A DNA stretch of 64,000 nucleotides from a virus (lineage: Duplodnaviria > Caudoviricetes). A program made the position numbers and the translations under genes. How positions within the stretch are numbered: the stretch's first letter is position 1; each line of letters begins with the position of its first letter. Location of the stretch: the IMG/VR virus record IMGVR_UViG_3300025732_000016; one strand, 5' to 3'. The notes under the pieces are model-generated. The model worked only from the letters and a program-made list of their open reading frames with translations. It was not told where the DNA came from and searched no databases. Below are positions 28,135 through 36,897 of this stretch, one piece after another.

Positions 28135-29460
28135 CTACGAGATCTCAAATTCTTCATTTTCTACGTCAGTGAACAGCTTGACGGGACCGTGCCAGATGTT
28201 CCTGATGAGCTTGACGCAGTTGTCTGCGTAATCGAGCTCGAGGTCCCTTCCGTCATGTTCATGCCGCAGTTCTAATGTATTGTCCTTTGCCACGTGATCG
28301 ACGTATATCGTCGGAATCATATTGCCGGCAATGCTCTGCAGGAGGGCGGCCCTCACCTCCTGCCAGCTTTCGTCGTCTTCGACAATGTCGTCAACTGTCC
28401 AATCAGGGTTCTTCTTGCCCTTCGGACTGAAGGTGAAGAGGTTGAGCTCTCTCGCCTTCTCCTCGGTGAGGTACTGCATGATGAAGTTCTCGTCGTTGCA
28501 GACCTCTCTCGCAAGGAAGCACTCCTCTATGCCGAATCTCTTCTCGATGTCCTTGAAGATTTCAAAACCGAGGTGGTATGGGTTGATCTTGAGACCCCAC
28601 GGTCGAAGGACAGCGTTGTGAGTCTTGAGGAAAGGGAGGTGATGCTCATCAGCGAGCTCAAGGTCATGGAGAATTCTGTAGTGCCAGAAGCTCGCCCACC
28701 CCTCATTCATAACCTTTGTCCTGATCTGCGGCCAGAAGTAGAGAGACTCGTCATGGACTATCGAGATGATGTCCCGCTGCCAATCTGTGAGCTTGTGATT
28801 GTTGTCAAGGACAAACTGGAGGATGTCATACTCAGGCTCAAGCGGGAGGTCATCGATATTGAAGTCCTTCCACTCTCCCTTCTCGTCGTTCTTGATGAGG
28901 TCGATGTACTTCTTACGAAGCTCTCTCTCGGACGGTCTCGTCCTGCCGCGACGATCGGTCTGGTAAGTGAATGCGTGGCAGGCATCGATGATCTTCTCCA
29001 CGGCCTCAATCCCTATCGTCGGGTCCTCGATGTAGGCCTTAATCCGCTTTCCGGCATTCCTGAACCTCATCGTGACGGTCGCGGCGTCAGTGTCCTTGAA
29101 CGTCCGATTGTTCTTGAAGAAGTCCGAGTGGCCGACGCAGTGCGCCATGATGAGAATCTGGAGGTACAGCGGGTTCTCCAGCATCAGGTATGCGATTGAC
29201 GGATCAGAGTTGATGATGAGCTCATACGGAAGGCCCTCAGCGCCCGCGTTGTACATGAAGTGCGTCCTCTCGAACGTCTTTCCGTACGACCAGTGTGCAT
29301 AGTGAGAGGGCATCCCGTGGTAAGCCATGTGACCGATCATCTCACGGTAGTCACAGGTCTCATAGGCTATCGGGTACCAGTCGAGGCCGTGCTTTCTCGC
29401 GATCTCGCAGATCTTCTCGTCCCATTCCTCGAGATCACTCAAGTTGTAGTCACCCATCAC
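28135..29460 (-). CDS. spoVR: SpoVR/YcgB family protein
   Basis: 'GMPSHYAHWSYGK', 'YELIINSDPSIAYLM..N', 'AHCVGHSDFFKNN', 'TKVMNEGWASFWH', 'NPYHLG', 'HDGRDL'. Confidence 0.93.
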   Translation of the reverse strand: MMGDYNLSDLEEWDEKICEIARKHGLDWYPIAYETCDYREMIGHMAYHGMPSHYAHWSYGKTFERTHFMYNAGAEGLPYELIINSDPSIAYLMLENPLYLQILIMAHCVGHSDFFKNNRTFKDTDAATVTMRFRNAGKRIKAYIEDPTIGIEAVEKIIDACHAFTYQTDRRGRTRPSERELRKKYIDLIKNDEKGEWKDFNIDDLPLEPEYDILQFVLDNNHKLTDWQRDIISIVHDESLYFWPQIRTKVMNEGWASFWHYRILHDLELADEHHLPFLKTHNAVLRPWGLKINPYHLGFEIFKDIEKRFGIEECFLAREVCNDENFIMQYLTEEKARELNLFTFSPKGKKNPDWTVDDIVEDDESWQEVRAALLQSIAGNMIPTIYVDHVAKDNTLELRHEHDGRDLELDYADNCVKLIRNIWHGPVKLFTDVENEEFEIS

Positions 29461-30632
29461 TCACTCCCAAAGAACTTGCTAAAGACAGGCCAAACGTCAT
29501 CCTTACTCACCAGCGTGGCAGTGCGAAGAACTGGCGAGAGAGCCTTGAGATTGTTCATGAGCTTCGAGGCAGAGTCACTCTGCCAAGCGGGAGTCGAGCC
29601 CTTCGGCTTGATCTCACAGTAGCCGACCATCTGGCTGATGTCACAGAGATCCCTGTACATGTCGAAGGCCTTCGCGTTGTCTTCTTCGAAGTTGTCGCCG
29701 TCCGTGCAGTGGAACACATAGACGTTCCAAGCCGAAGGATGGTACCGCTCGTTCGCAATCTCAATCGCGAGCTCAGGAGCCGAGGAGACGTGCGTGCCAC
29801 CGGATGATCCCCTCTTGAAGAAGGAGTCCTCATCAGTCTCGAAAGCCTCAGTCGTGTGACCGATGAAGACAATCTCGACCTTCTCGTACTTGTGGCGGAT
29901 GAACTGGTAGAGGAGGAAGTAGAAGGACCTTGCGATGAACTTGATGTCCTGGGTCATCGAGCCGGAGACGTCCATCATGAAGAAGATGACGGCGTTTGTC
30001 GCCTCCTTCGGTTTCGCCTTGATGTGGTGGTACCGGAGGTCGTTGTCGTGGAATGGGAAGACCTCATTGCCGTCCTCATCCACCTCCACCTCTCCGGCCC
30101 TTCGTGCTGCCGCGAGGCGCTTTATCCGCTGGATGGCAGACTCTCTCTTGTCGAGCCGCGGTGGAATGCCCTGGGGGCGTGTGCCATGTCGCTTTGGCCT
30201 CTCCTCGAGAACTGTTCGCAGCTTCTTCCTCTCTAGCTCTGGGAGATTCAACGAGGAGAAGAGGTACTCTGCGAGCTCTTCGAGGGTAATCTCGACCTCG
30301 TAGAACTCCTCTCCCTTGTCCTTACCAGCCTTGCTGCCGGAGCCCTGCCCCTGCTGTTGACCCTTCCTTACGACCTGCCCCTTTTGGATGTCGGCGTTAG
30401 GAGCAGAGCCCACCTGCTTCTGACCCTCGTTGTCGCCATAGACGAACTGCCACTCCTTGATGCCACGAACAGGAATGCGGATCTTCTTCTTCCCATCCTG
30501 CCCAATGATCGACTCTTCAGAGACGATATCTGTGATGCCGTCTTTGATCGCTTTCTCAATCTTTTGCTTGTGACGAGAACGGTCCGCTGCGGAGCGGTCT
30601 GCTGAAGTCTTGTGTTCACGGAAGATAGACAT
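29457..30632 (-). CDS. YeaH/YhbH (DUF444) vWA-domain protein
   Basis: 'D..RH..KI...I', 'IPVRGIKE..F', 'LNLPEL..K', MIDAS 'MDVSGSM', 'SGGT..SSA', 'DGDN'. Confidence 0.92.
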   Translation of the reverse strand: MSIFREHKTSADRSAADRSRHKQKIEKAIKDGITDIVSEESIIGQDGKKKIRIPVRGIKEWQFVYGDNEGQKQVGSAPNADIQKGQVVRKGQQQGQGSGSKAGKDKGEEFYEVEITLEELAEYLFSSLNLPELERKKLRTVLEERPKRHGTRPQGIPPRLDKRESAIQRIKRLAAARRAGEVEVDEDGNEVFPFHDNDLRYHHIKAKPKEATNAVIFFMMDVSGSMTQDIKFIARSFYFLLYQFIRHKYEKVEIVFIGHTTEAFETDEDSFFKRGSSGGTHVSSAPELAIEIANERYHPSAWNVYVFHCTDGDNFEEDNAKAFDMYRDLCDISQMVGYCEIKPKGSTPAWQSDSASKLMNNLKALSPVLRTATLVSKDDVWPVFSKFFGSE

Positions 30633-30672
30633 CTAGTAATAGATATCCATCCCGTGCCACTAGTAACCAGTG

Positions 30673-31041
30673 TCAGCCGTAAGACTTCTCTTTTGCCCAC
30701 TGCACTGCTGGATACAGGAAGTCTGGGCAATTCTCTTCAAGAGTTCGCCACGGCACGTACATCATGCCCTTCCTTGAGTTCGGCTTTTTGCCGCTCATCA
30801 CGACGAAGGTGACAAGGTCGCCGACTTTGTAAGAGTCTTCGGTGAGGAAATCACTCTCACTCACCCGAATGCCGCAGTCGCGCCAGGCTTCTCGCAGTGC
30901 AGTTCTCATGAGGGGTTCGTTGTGTTCTCTGCTGCCCCGTGGAATGTTGAGATAATCTCCGTCCTCAAAGACCAGGACTTTGTCGAGTGTGGGGCTAACA
31001 ATGAAGAGGCCAGCGCCCTCTTGGCGCCTGTAAGTTGTCAT
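30673..31041 (-). CDS. Nudix-fold protein with degenerate Nudix box
   Basis: 'PRGSREHNEPLMRTALREAWRDCGI' follows Gx5Ex7RE, but the usual EE is RD. Confidence 0.65.
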   Translation of the reverse strand: MTTYRRQEGAGLFIVSPTLDKVLVFEDGDYLNIPRGSREHNEPLMRTALREAWRDCGIRVSESDFLTEDSYKVGDLVTFVVMSGKKPNSRKGMMYVPWRTLEENCPDFLYPAVQWAKEKSYG

Positions 31042-31042
31042 T

Positions 31043-31423
31043 TTATACTACGTGAAATACCATCGGCATTAGTTTCTTTCGAATTGTTCGGCAACGAGAC
31101 GCCGCTTCCCTGTGCCGGTGTTCTCTCATGACCATCATGAGAAGCTTTCTAAAAATCATCGCGAGGCTCTCGCATATGTGAGAGATTTTATCATCGCCGT
31201 CGCACAATGATAGGCCTTCTTCTGCAAGAGCCTCGAGCTTGAGAAAATGTTTTGTGATGCAATCAGGACACTGCTTCGACTGGTGATTGAGGTGGTCTTC
31301 CAGCAGCGTCAGCTCCTTGCAGATCTCGCGAAGATTGTGCTCCGGCTTCATGATGGGGAGCATTGACTCTGAGAGTTTCATTCTCAGCGTGAGTGACTTA
31401 GATCCGCAAGACTTGCAATGCAT
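31043..31423 (-). CDS. Hypothetical Cys/His-rich protein
   Basis: 'CKSC', 'LREICKELTLLEDHL', 'CPDCITKH', 'LEALAEE'. Start moved to the ATG at 31423. Confidence 0.6.
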   Translation of the reverse strand: MHCKSCGSKSLTLRMKLSESMLPIMKPEHNLREICKELTLLEDHLNHQSKQCPDCITKHFLKLEALAEEGLSLCDGDDKISHICESLAMIFRKLLMMVMREHRHREAASRCRTIRKKLMPMVFHVV

Positions 31424-31427
31424 GCAA

Positions 31428-31781
31428 CTATGTATCTCTTGCGTAGTCATCCTCAAGGCGAACGACGTCATCGAGCTCAGGAGTTGAGACCTCAACAATG
31501 TCAACGTCTCCCTTGTAAGCGCAGAAACGGTGGACAGTGCCGGGAGTGACGTGGAATGTGCTTCCTTCGCAGTAGTCGAACCGGTGCTCGACATTTGGAC
31601 CAGTCTCGATGGTCAAAAGACCGCTAAGAACCCTGATCGTCTCTTCTTTCTTGAGATGGTACTGCCTGCTCAGACGATGACCATTGTTGATGTGAAGAAT
31701 CTTACCAACGTACTTTGGCGTCTCAGCCCAAATCTCTTCGTGGCCCCAGGGCTTTTTTACTATTCTCACGCTTTCCCTCAT
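31428..31781 (-). CDS. Cupin (mannose-6-P-isomerase C-terminal-like)
   Basis: 'VKKPWGHE', 'LSRQYH..KEET', 'PGTVHRF', 'EVSTPELDDVVRLEDDY'. Confidence 0.85.
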   Translation of the reverse strand: MRESVRIVKKPWGHEEIWAETPKYVGKILHINNGHRLSRQYHLKKEETIRVLSGLLTIETGPNVEHRFDYCEGSTFHVTPGTVHRFCAYKGDVDIVEVSTPELDDVVRLEDDYARDT

Positions 31782-32184
31782 AAACCAGATCATATCCTAC
31801 AACAGCAGAGAAAGCGTTTACAAGCTCACCGGCAACTTTGTTGGCTTCGTCTTCTAAATCAGAAGAGAAGTGAAGCTCGTCATATTCGATTCCGCCATTT
31901 TCATGTTGAGCCAAGTGAGATAGTTCGTGAGCCATCGATCTTAGAACATCTACGAACGCTCTTCCCTTTCCGTAGATGCGAACACTTCCCTCCTCAGGGA
32001 AGCAAATTGCAGTCGTTTCTATTGAGTAACGCTTTCGGTCGTCAACGATGTAGATCGAGTAGTCACTCTCCAGCTTCATAGCTCTCACACAGAAATCTAC
32101 AAAATTTCGCATCAGCTTCTTTTTCTCGCCCCCAGGAACGAGATCAAGGGAAGTGAAGAATACTCTGACGTTACCTCTTTTCAT
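31723..32184 (-). CDS. Putative zinc metallopeptidase-like protein
   Basis: 'LRSMAHELSH..Q' (HExxH) followed by 'EDEAN..AG'. Confidence 0.6.
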   Translation of the reverse strand: MKRGNVRVFFTSLDLVPGGEKKKLMRNFVDFCVRAMKLESDYSIYIVDDRKRYSIETTAICFPEEGSVRIYGKGRAFVDVLRSMAHELSHLAQHENGGIEYDELHFSSDLEDEANKVAGELVNAFSAVVGYDLVYEGKRENSKKALGPRRDLG

Positions 32185-32665
32185 TCTTGATTGCCGCAAC
32201 CAGATCAGAGGAGGATTGAATCTTCCCTCCTCCTACTCCAAATATCACCTTCGTTCCAAGCTTTTCACAGACATCGAACTCTGGAACATTTGCTGCAGCA
32301 TCTCTGTCTCCGCCCTTAGTGAAAGCGAAAGGCTTTAGAATTTCAATTGCGCCTACGACAGTTTGACTGCCGTCGTCCCAGGGAACTACATAATCAACTC
32401 CCCTGACTCCCGCGATGATCTCCATCCGCTCCTCAATGGGCATGAAAGCGTACCCCTTCTTACGAAGTAAGAATCCATCACCGTTGACTATGATAGCGAG
32501 TCTTGTTTTTCTGCCAATCTTTCTGACGAAGTCAGCTGACTCTTGCAGACATCGAAGATGACCGACATGCATGGGATCGAACCCGCCAGAAGTAACTACA
32601 AGTCTTTCCCCTCTAATCTCAGCTTGGAGCTTCAAGTCATGTGCGTTGTGCAGAATCTCACTCAT
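32171..32665 (-). CDS. Cytidylyltransferase-like nucleotidyltransferase (RfaE-II/FAD-synthase-like)
   Basis: 'TSGGFDPMHVGH', 'L.RKKG', 'ERMEI', 'KGGDR', 'KIQSSS'. Confidence 0.87.
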   Translation of the reverse strand: MSEILHNAHDLKLQAEIRGERLVVTSGGFDPMHVGHLRCLQESADFVRKIGRKTRLAIIVNGDGFLLRKKGYAFMPIEERMEIIAGVRGVDYVVPWDDGSQTVVGAIEILKPFAFTKGGDRDAAANVPEFDVCEKLGTKVIFGVGGGKIQSSSDLVAAIKNEKR

Positions 32666-32694
32666 GAAGGATTGTAGAACTAACTTATAGAATG

Positions 32695-34317
32695 TTATCC
32701 CCTCAAAGATCGCCTGAACGACTCCGGGAACAGGTCAGAGTGACGATCATAGAACCTGTTCCAGTCAGCATCGAGAATGTAGCTCACGGCGTGGTCATTG
32801 GAACTGCGAACGGATCGACCGATGGACTGCACGATGGTCTTTGCGGTCTGGAGGGGATACCACCACGGCCAGCGGTGCATCCGCTTCTTCACGATCTTGT
32901 CACCGAGGTACGGGTACGGGACCTTGCAGATGATCTGGAATCGTGAGAGGTCGTCCTTCAAGTCAACGCCTTCCTGCATCGAGGGAGAGAGGAGGACGGT
33001 GGGCTTGTCGGAAGTCATGTGCTCCTGCAATTTCTGGATTCGATCCTCGCTTCCGTGAATGAGGAGTCGGTTGGACTTCACATTCTGCTGGAGGTACTTC
33101 GCGATCTTGAAGGTGTGGCAGTGAATGATGCCCTTCTCGTTCGGGTGCTGAGCAAGGATCGCACGGACCGCCTCCGCGAGCTTTGGGAGGTCCTGATCGA
33201 TCGTCCCTGCCGACATCTTCGCGATCGGGTAGGTGAAGATTGGGTGATTCTCCGGGGGGAACGGAGACGGGATGGAGATGAACGCGCAGTCGTCCTCACC
33301 GATGCCGAGCATCTTGCAGAAGCCCTCTCGATTGAGGATCGTGGCAGACATGAGGAGAACCCGTCGACCGTTCTTGAAGAGGATCTGCTCTGCATAACCC
33401 GAGACGTCAATGGGCTTGAACTCGAGCTTTCGCATCCCGCGGCCCTCTCCCTCTGTGAGGTTGAAGACCCAATTCTCCTCGTCGTAGAGCTCCATGAAGC
33501 GGTGAACCTTGCAGATGTGCTTGTCGAGCATCTCATACTGCTTCGCAAGAGCGACGAAGTCGGTCTTCATCTTGTCGGCGAGGTTGAACTTCTCGATCAT
33601 CTCCTCGTAGTGCTTCACGTGTGACTTGAGCTTCGGCTCGTACTCGTCGGTGATCCAACGCCAGGCCTGCTTCTGGGTCGTGATCTCTGGCATCTCGAGC
33701 TTGAGGGCCTGCTTTGCAAAGCGCTCGGACATCGTGATCTCGATGAAGCCGCTCAGCTCGGTGTCGGTGTTGTGGGCCTCATCGATGACCAGCAGAGAGC
33801 GGGGAACGAGCTTACCAGAATAGACCGTCTCGGCGAGGAAGTAGCTGAAGTTCGTCACGGACTCCGTGCTCTGCATGAACTTTCGCTTCTCCTCCTTGTA
33901 GACGCAACCGTATGAGCAGGATCTCGCGAACTTTGAGGTCGGGTCCTTCTCAAGCTTCAATTGACGAAGCGACTCTGCACAGCTCTGTCGCTTGTGGAAC
34001 TTGCACTGGTAGTTCGCGGACGACATCACCTGACACATCGTCTCACCGAAGTCCTTGATGTACTGCTCCTGCAGGATCTTCTGTGTGGTGAGGAAGTAGG
34101 CTCCCGGCTGGAACCCGCTGTCACTGCGCTCAGGGTAGTTCGCAGTGAGGTAGCGAGCGATGGTCAGGCCGATCGCAGACTTTCCCACTCCTGTTCCAGC
34201 CTCGAGTACGACGAACCTCTTACCGGATGAGAAAGCATCCAGCGCGAAGTCAATCGCATTCTTCTGGGGCTCGCGGACTTCGCCGAAGGGAAAGTGACCA
34301 GTGTACTCGAAGCTCAT
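32695..34317 (-). CDS. ATP-dependent DNA helicase, DinG/Rad3-like
   Basis: Q-motif 'REPQ', 'EAGTGVGKS', 'DEAH', 'MSAT', 'EGVDL', 'KVPYP', 'QSIGRSVR...D'. Confidence 0.92.
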   Translation of the reverse strand: MSFEYTGHFPFGEVREPQKNAIDFALDAFSSGKRFVVLEAGTGVGKSAIGLTIARYLTANYPERSDSGFQPGAYFLTTQKILQEQYIKDFGETMCQVMSSANYQCKFHKRQSCAESLRQLKLEKDPTSKFARSCSYGCVYKEEKRKFMQSTESVTNFSYFLAETVYSGKLVPRSLLVIDEAHNTDTELSGFIEITMSERFAKQALKLEMPEITTQKQAWRWITDEYEPKLKSHVKHYEEMIEKFNLADKMKTDFVALAKQYEMLDKHICKVHRFMELYDEENWVFNLTEGEGRGMRKLEFKPIDVSGYAEQILFKNGRRVLLMSATILNREGFCKMLGIGEDDCAFISIPSPFPPENHPIFTYPIAKMSAGTIDQDLPKLAEAVRAILAQHPNEKGIIHCHTFKIAKYLQQNVKSNRLLIHGSEDRIQKLQEHMTSDKPTVLLSPSMQEGVDLKDDLSRFQIICKVPYPYLGDKIVKKRMHRWPWWYPLQTAKTIVQSIGRSVRSSNDHAVSYILDADWNRFYDRHSDLFPESFRRSLRG

Positions 34318-34646
34318 TCACGCTTCCTGTTGAAATTGAACGGGATGATGGTGCCATTCTGTTCGTTGTTGGGCTCTTCTGCGTCCCGGGCAAAGGACAG
34401 AAAGTCCTTCCTCGAGACAGTGTAGATCTCGTCGCTGCTCTCATCGTCCAAGAGAGCATAGTTGACGTGGAAGTCTGTCACACCCTTCACCCTCACCTTT
34501 CCGAGGCGGGGCAGGTACCAGATCTGACCTGGGAAGTAGGGAGCCTTGAGAGCGACTTCCCTGAGGTGCGCTCGAAGGATTGGAGCGTAGAGAAAGTCCG
34601 CCAGCATGTGACAGACAATTGCGATCACGTCGAACAGCTTTCTCAC
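34314..34646 (-). CDS. Hypothetical protein
   Basis: GTG start overlaps the upstream TGA (GTGA). Confidence 0.5.
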   Translation of the reverse strand: MRKLFDVIAIVCHMLADFLYAPILRAHLREVALKAPYFPGQIWYLPRLGKVRVKGVTDFHVNYALLDDESSDEIYTVSRKDFLSFARDAEEPNNEQNGTIIPFNFNRKRE

Positions 34647-34954
34647 TTCTCTCTCCTTGACCTTCTCGGCTTGACGGGCTTCTCTTTGTGCAGCCGGCCT
34701 GAAGAGAAGCTTCTCCACATGCCCTTCATCTCATCCCACACAGTGAACGCGATGTTGCCGTTCGGCTGTTCCCTAATCTCTCTGATGGTTCCCCAAGCGT
34801 ACTTCTCACCCACAAGAGAGGTGTTGAACCACACTTTGTCTCCCACTTTGAAGCCATCGTGCTCCTCCATCGGAACGAAGACTGGTATATCGGGAACTGT
34901 CGGGGCTTGGACGCTAGTGAAGTCTCTCTTGGTCTTCTTAGAAGCCCTTCTCAT
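34643..34954 (-). CDS. Hypothetical protein, SH3-like
   Basis: 'FKVGDKVWF...GTIREI...VWD'. Confidence 0.6.
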   Translation of the reverse strand: MRRASKKTKRDFTSVQAPTVPDIPVFVPMEEHDGFKVGDKVWFNTSLVGEKYAWGTIREIREQPNGNIAFTVWDEMKGMWRSFSSGRLHKEKPVKPRRSRREK

Positions 34955-34966
34955 AAAGAGATAGTA

Positions 34967-35296
34967 TCACTCGGTGGAGTAGAGTTCAAATTTCCGGGCC
35001 TGGAGCTTCGGGTTCGTGCCCATCTTCTTCTTGTGGAGCTTCATCACCTCATTGCGGGCCCAGAACTTCGCGCTCGTCTCGTCGCTGAAGAAGCGCATGG
35101 GAGTGTCGCCCTCTCTGTCCTCGGTGGTGATCTTCACGTACCAGCCTCCCTGGGAGGGCGCAGGGCTCACATCGGCGTGGATGCCGTCCATGTGACGCCA
35201 ATCCTGCATGACATCCTCAGCGGGTGGGCTGCGCATGTTTCGACCGAGCTCTTCCCGGATGATGTCCCTGAGAATTCGAAGCGTGTCTTTCTTCAT
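34967..35296 (-). CDS. Hypothetical protein with LRxIIREEL leader
   Basis: 'LRILRDIIREELG'; ATAGTTA lies just upstream. Confidence 0.6.
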   Translation of the reverse strand: MKKDTLRILRDIIREELGRNMRSPPAEDVMQDWRHMDGIHADVSPAPSQGGWYVKITTEDREGDTPMRFFSDETSAKFWARNEVMKLHKKKMGTNPKLQARKFELYSTE

Positions 35297-35308
35297 CTCA
35301 TTAACTAT

Positions 35309-36103
35309 TCAGCGCTTCCTCTCACCGTCACGAAGCGCTTCACAAGCCTGCCAGAAGATCTCCTCGTCCCTCTCCACGCAGACCCACTTTCGACCGAGGT
35401 TCCTTGCCGCCCAAGCTGTCGTCATGGAGCCGGCAAAGGGATCGAAGACCCAGTCGCCGGGATTGGTGTTCGTCTCGATCGGTATCTCCATCACTCTCAG
35501 CGGCTTCTGTGTCGGGTGGACCTTCCCCTGCATGATCTCGGTGACGTCCATCCAGACGTTGGTCCGCCGGTAGAACTCTGACTTGCAAACGTAAGTCTTC
35601 TTACCTGGTTTCGGGGTATATCCCGGGTACCCCCGTTTCTCTGAGAGTAACGGAATGTTGAAGGTAATAGGTTTCCTTATGTCACCCTTCACGAGGTACA
35701 GGAGGTCTTCCCGTGTTTGGAGATAGTTGTGCTTCACTCCGTAGGCCCTCTTCTTGGACCAAGTGATGATGTTGGACATCCGCCAAGGGGTCTCGGACTC
35801 GAGGCGTGAGACATACTCGAAGAGTGGTCGGAAACCGGGTTTGCCGTACCCACCCCACACGTACATTGCGCCACCGTCGACAACCAGCTCGCTGAAGCGG
35901 TTTGACCAACTGATCATCCAGTCCGCGAATGACTTCTGGTCCCCGTCCCACTTGTCCCAGTCCTCGCTGACAAGGTTCCCGTAGGGCGGGTCTGTCGCAA
36001 CGAGCTTCAGGGGTCCACAGGTTCTCCTGACAAAGTCGACCACCTCATCCGAGGCGCAGTCACCCTGAATGGCGTACCCGTCAGGAAATTCGTGTACTAG
36101 CAT
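35309..36103 (-). CDS. DNA N6-adenine/N4-cytosine methyltransferase (beta class order)
   Basis: 'QGDC', 'TDPPY', 'HPTQKP', 'VFDPFAGS.TT', 'VERDE'. Confidence 0.92.
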   Translation of the reverse strand: MLVHEFPDGYAIQGDCASDEVVDFVRRTCGPLKLVATDPPYGNLVSEDWDKWDGDQKSFADWMISWSNRFSELVVDGGAMYVWGGYGKPGFRPLFEYVSRLESETPWRMSNIITWSKKRAYGVKHNYLQTREDLLYLVKGDIRKPITFNIPLLSEKRGYPGYTPKPGKKTYVCKSEFYRRTNVWMDVTEIMQGKVHPTQKPLRVMEIPIETNTNPGDWVFDPFAGSMTTAWAARNLGRKWVCVERDEEIFWQACEALRDGERKR

Positions 36104-36112
36104 CTTAAATGA

Positions 36113-36150
36113 GTAAACCTCCCGAGGCCTGTGTAACCTGGGAGGTTTAC
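36113..36150 (-). terminator. Hairpin downstream of Hsp20
   Basis: GTAAACCTCCC / GGGAGGTTTAC perfect 11-bp inverted repeat. Confidence 0.6.
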
Positions 36151-36165
36151 GACTAGCTTGGTGAG

Positions 36166-36546
36166 CTACTCTACGGAGATGACCCGCTTTGTCGTCTTCT
36201 GAACGGGAACCTCAACGTAGAGAATGCCAGCATCGTAACGTGCCGAGATGCCCTCCTGCGTGACATTCTCACCGAGGCTCCAGGAGCGGAAGTAGGTGGA
36301 CTTCGTGCCGTTCACCTCACGAGTTCCGGTGACGGTGAGGTAGTCATTCTCGGTGGAGACCTCGATGTCAGAGCGACTGAGGCCCGGCATCTCCACGGCA
36401 ATGGAGTAGCCCTTGTCGTTCTCGTTGATCTGTGCACGGGTCTGTACGGCCGTCTTCGTGGTGCCACGATTGCTTCGATCGTCGAGGAACGTGTCGAGGA
36501 AGGTGTCGAAGCTGGCGTGGGGATTGCGGGTCATGAGGCTGAACAT
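36166..36546 (-). CDS. Small heat-shock protein (Hsp20/alpha-crystallin)
   Basis: 'VEMPGLSRSDIEV', 'FRSWSL', 'ISARYDAGILYV.VP'. ATG at 36546 with AAGGAG SD. Confidence 0.92.
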   Translation of the reverse strand: MFSLMTRNPHASFDTFLDTFLDDRSNRGTTKTAVQTRAQINENDKGYSIAVEMPGLSRSDIEVSTENDYLTVTGTREVNGTKSTYFRSWSLGENVTQEGISARYDAGILYVEVPVQKTTKRVISVE

Positions 36547-36602
36547 GCTGTTTTCTCCTTGTTTCTGGTTGACCGGAGGAACCATTCCTCCATGATCTAA
36601 AG

Positions 36603-36866
36603 TTAAACACCGTTCTTGGAGAGAACACCCTTTTTCTTCACTTTCTTCTCAATTCTTGTGACCCACTTTGACCAGTCCTCCCTCTCATACTCTTCCTTCG
36701 TGCAAACACAGTGCTCGTGAAAGACTCCGATGAATCCGAGCGGGCACTCTGGGACTCCAGCGAGGTAGAGGCGGCGCTCATCGTCAGGGTGAACAGTTCC
36801 CTCGAAACCACCGGAAGTGGGCTTGGTCACTGTCACCCTGACGATGGGTCCGGCGTACGTCCTCAC
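36603..36866 (-). CDS. Hypothetical protein (start uncertain)
   Basis: The frame carries 'VGDLVYVRTYAG...'. The nearest in-frame start is GTG at 36866. Confidence 0.4.
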   Translation of the reverse strand: MRTYAGPIVRVTVTKPTSGGFEGTVHPDDERRLYLAGVPECPLGFIGVFHEHCVCTKEEYEREDWSKWVTRIEKKVKKKGVLSKNGV

Positions 36867-36897
36867 ATAGACGAGATCACCGACCCTTCGCCGAGTC

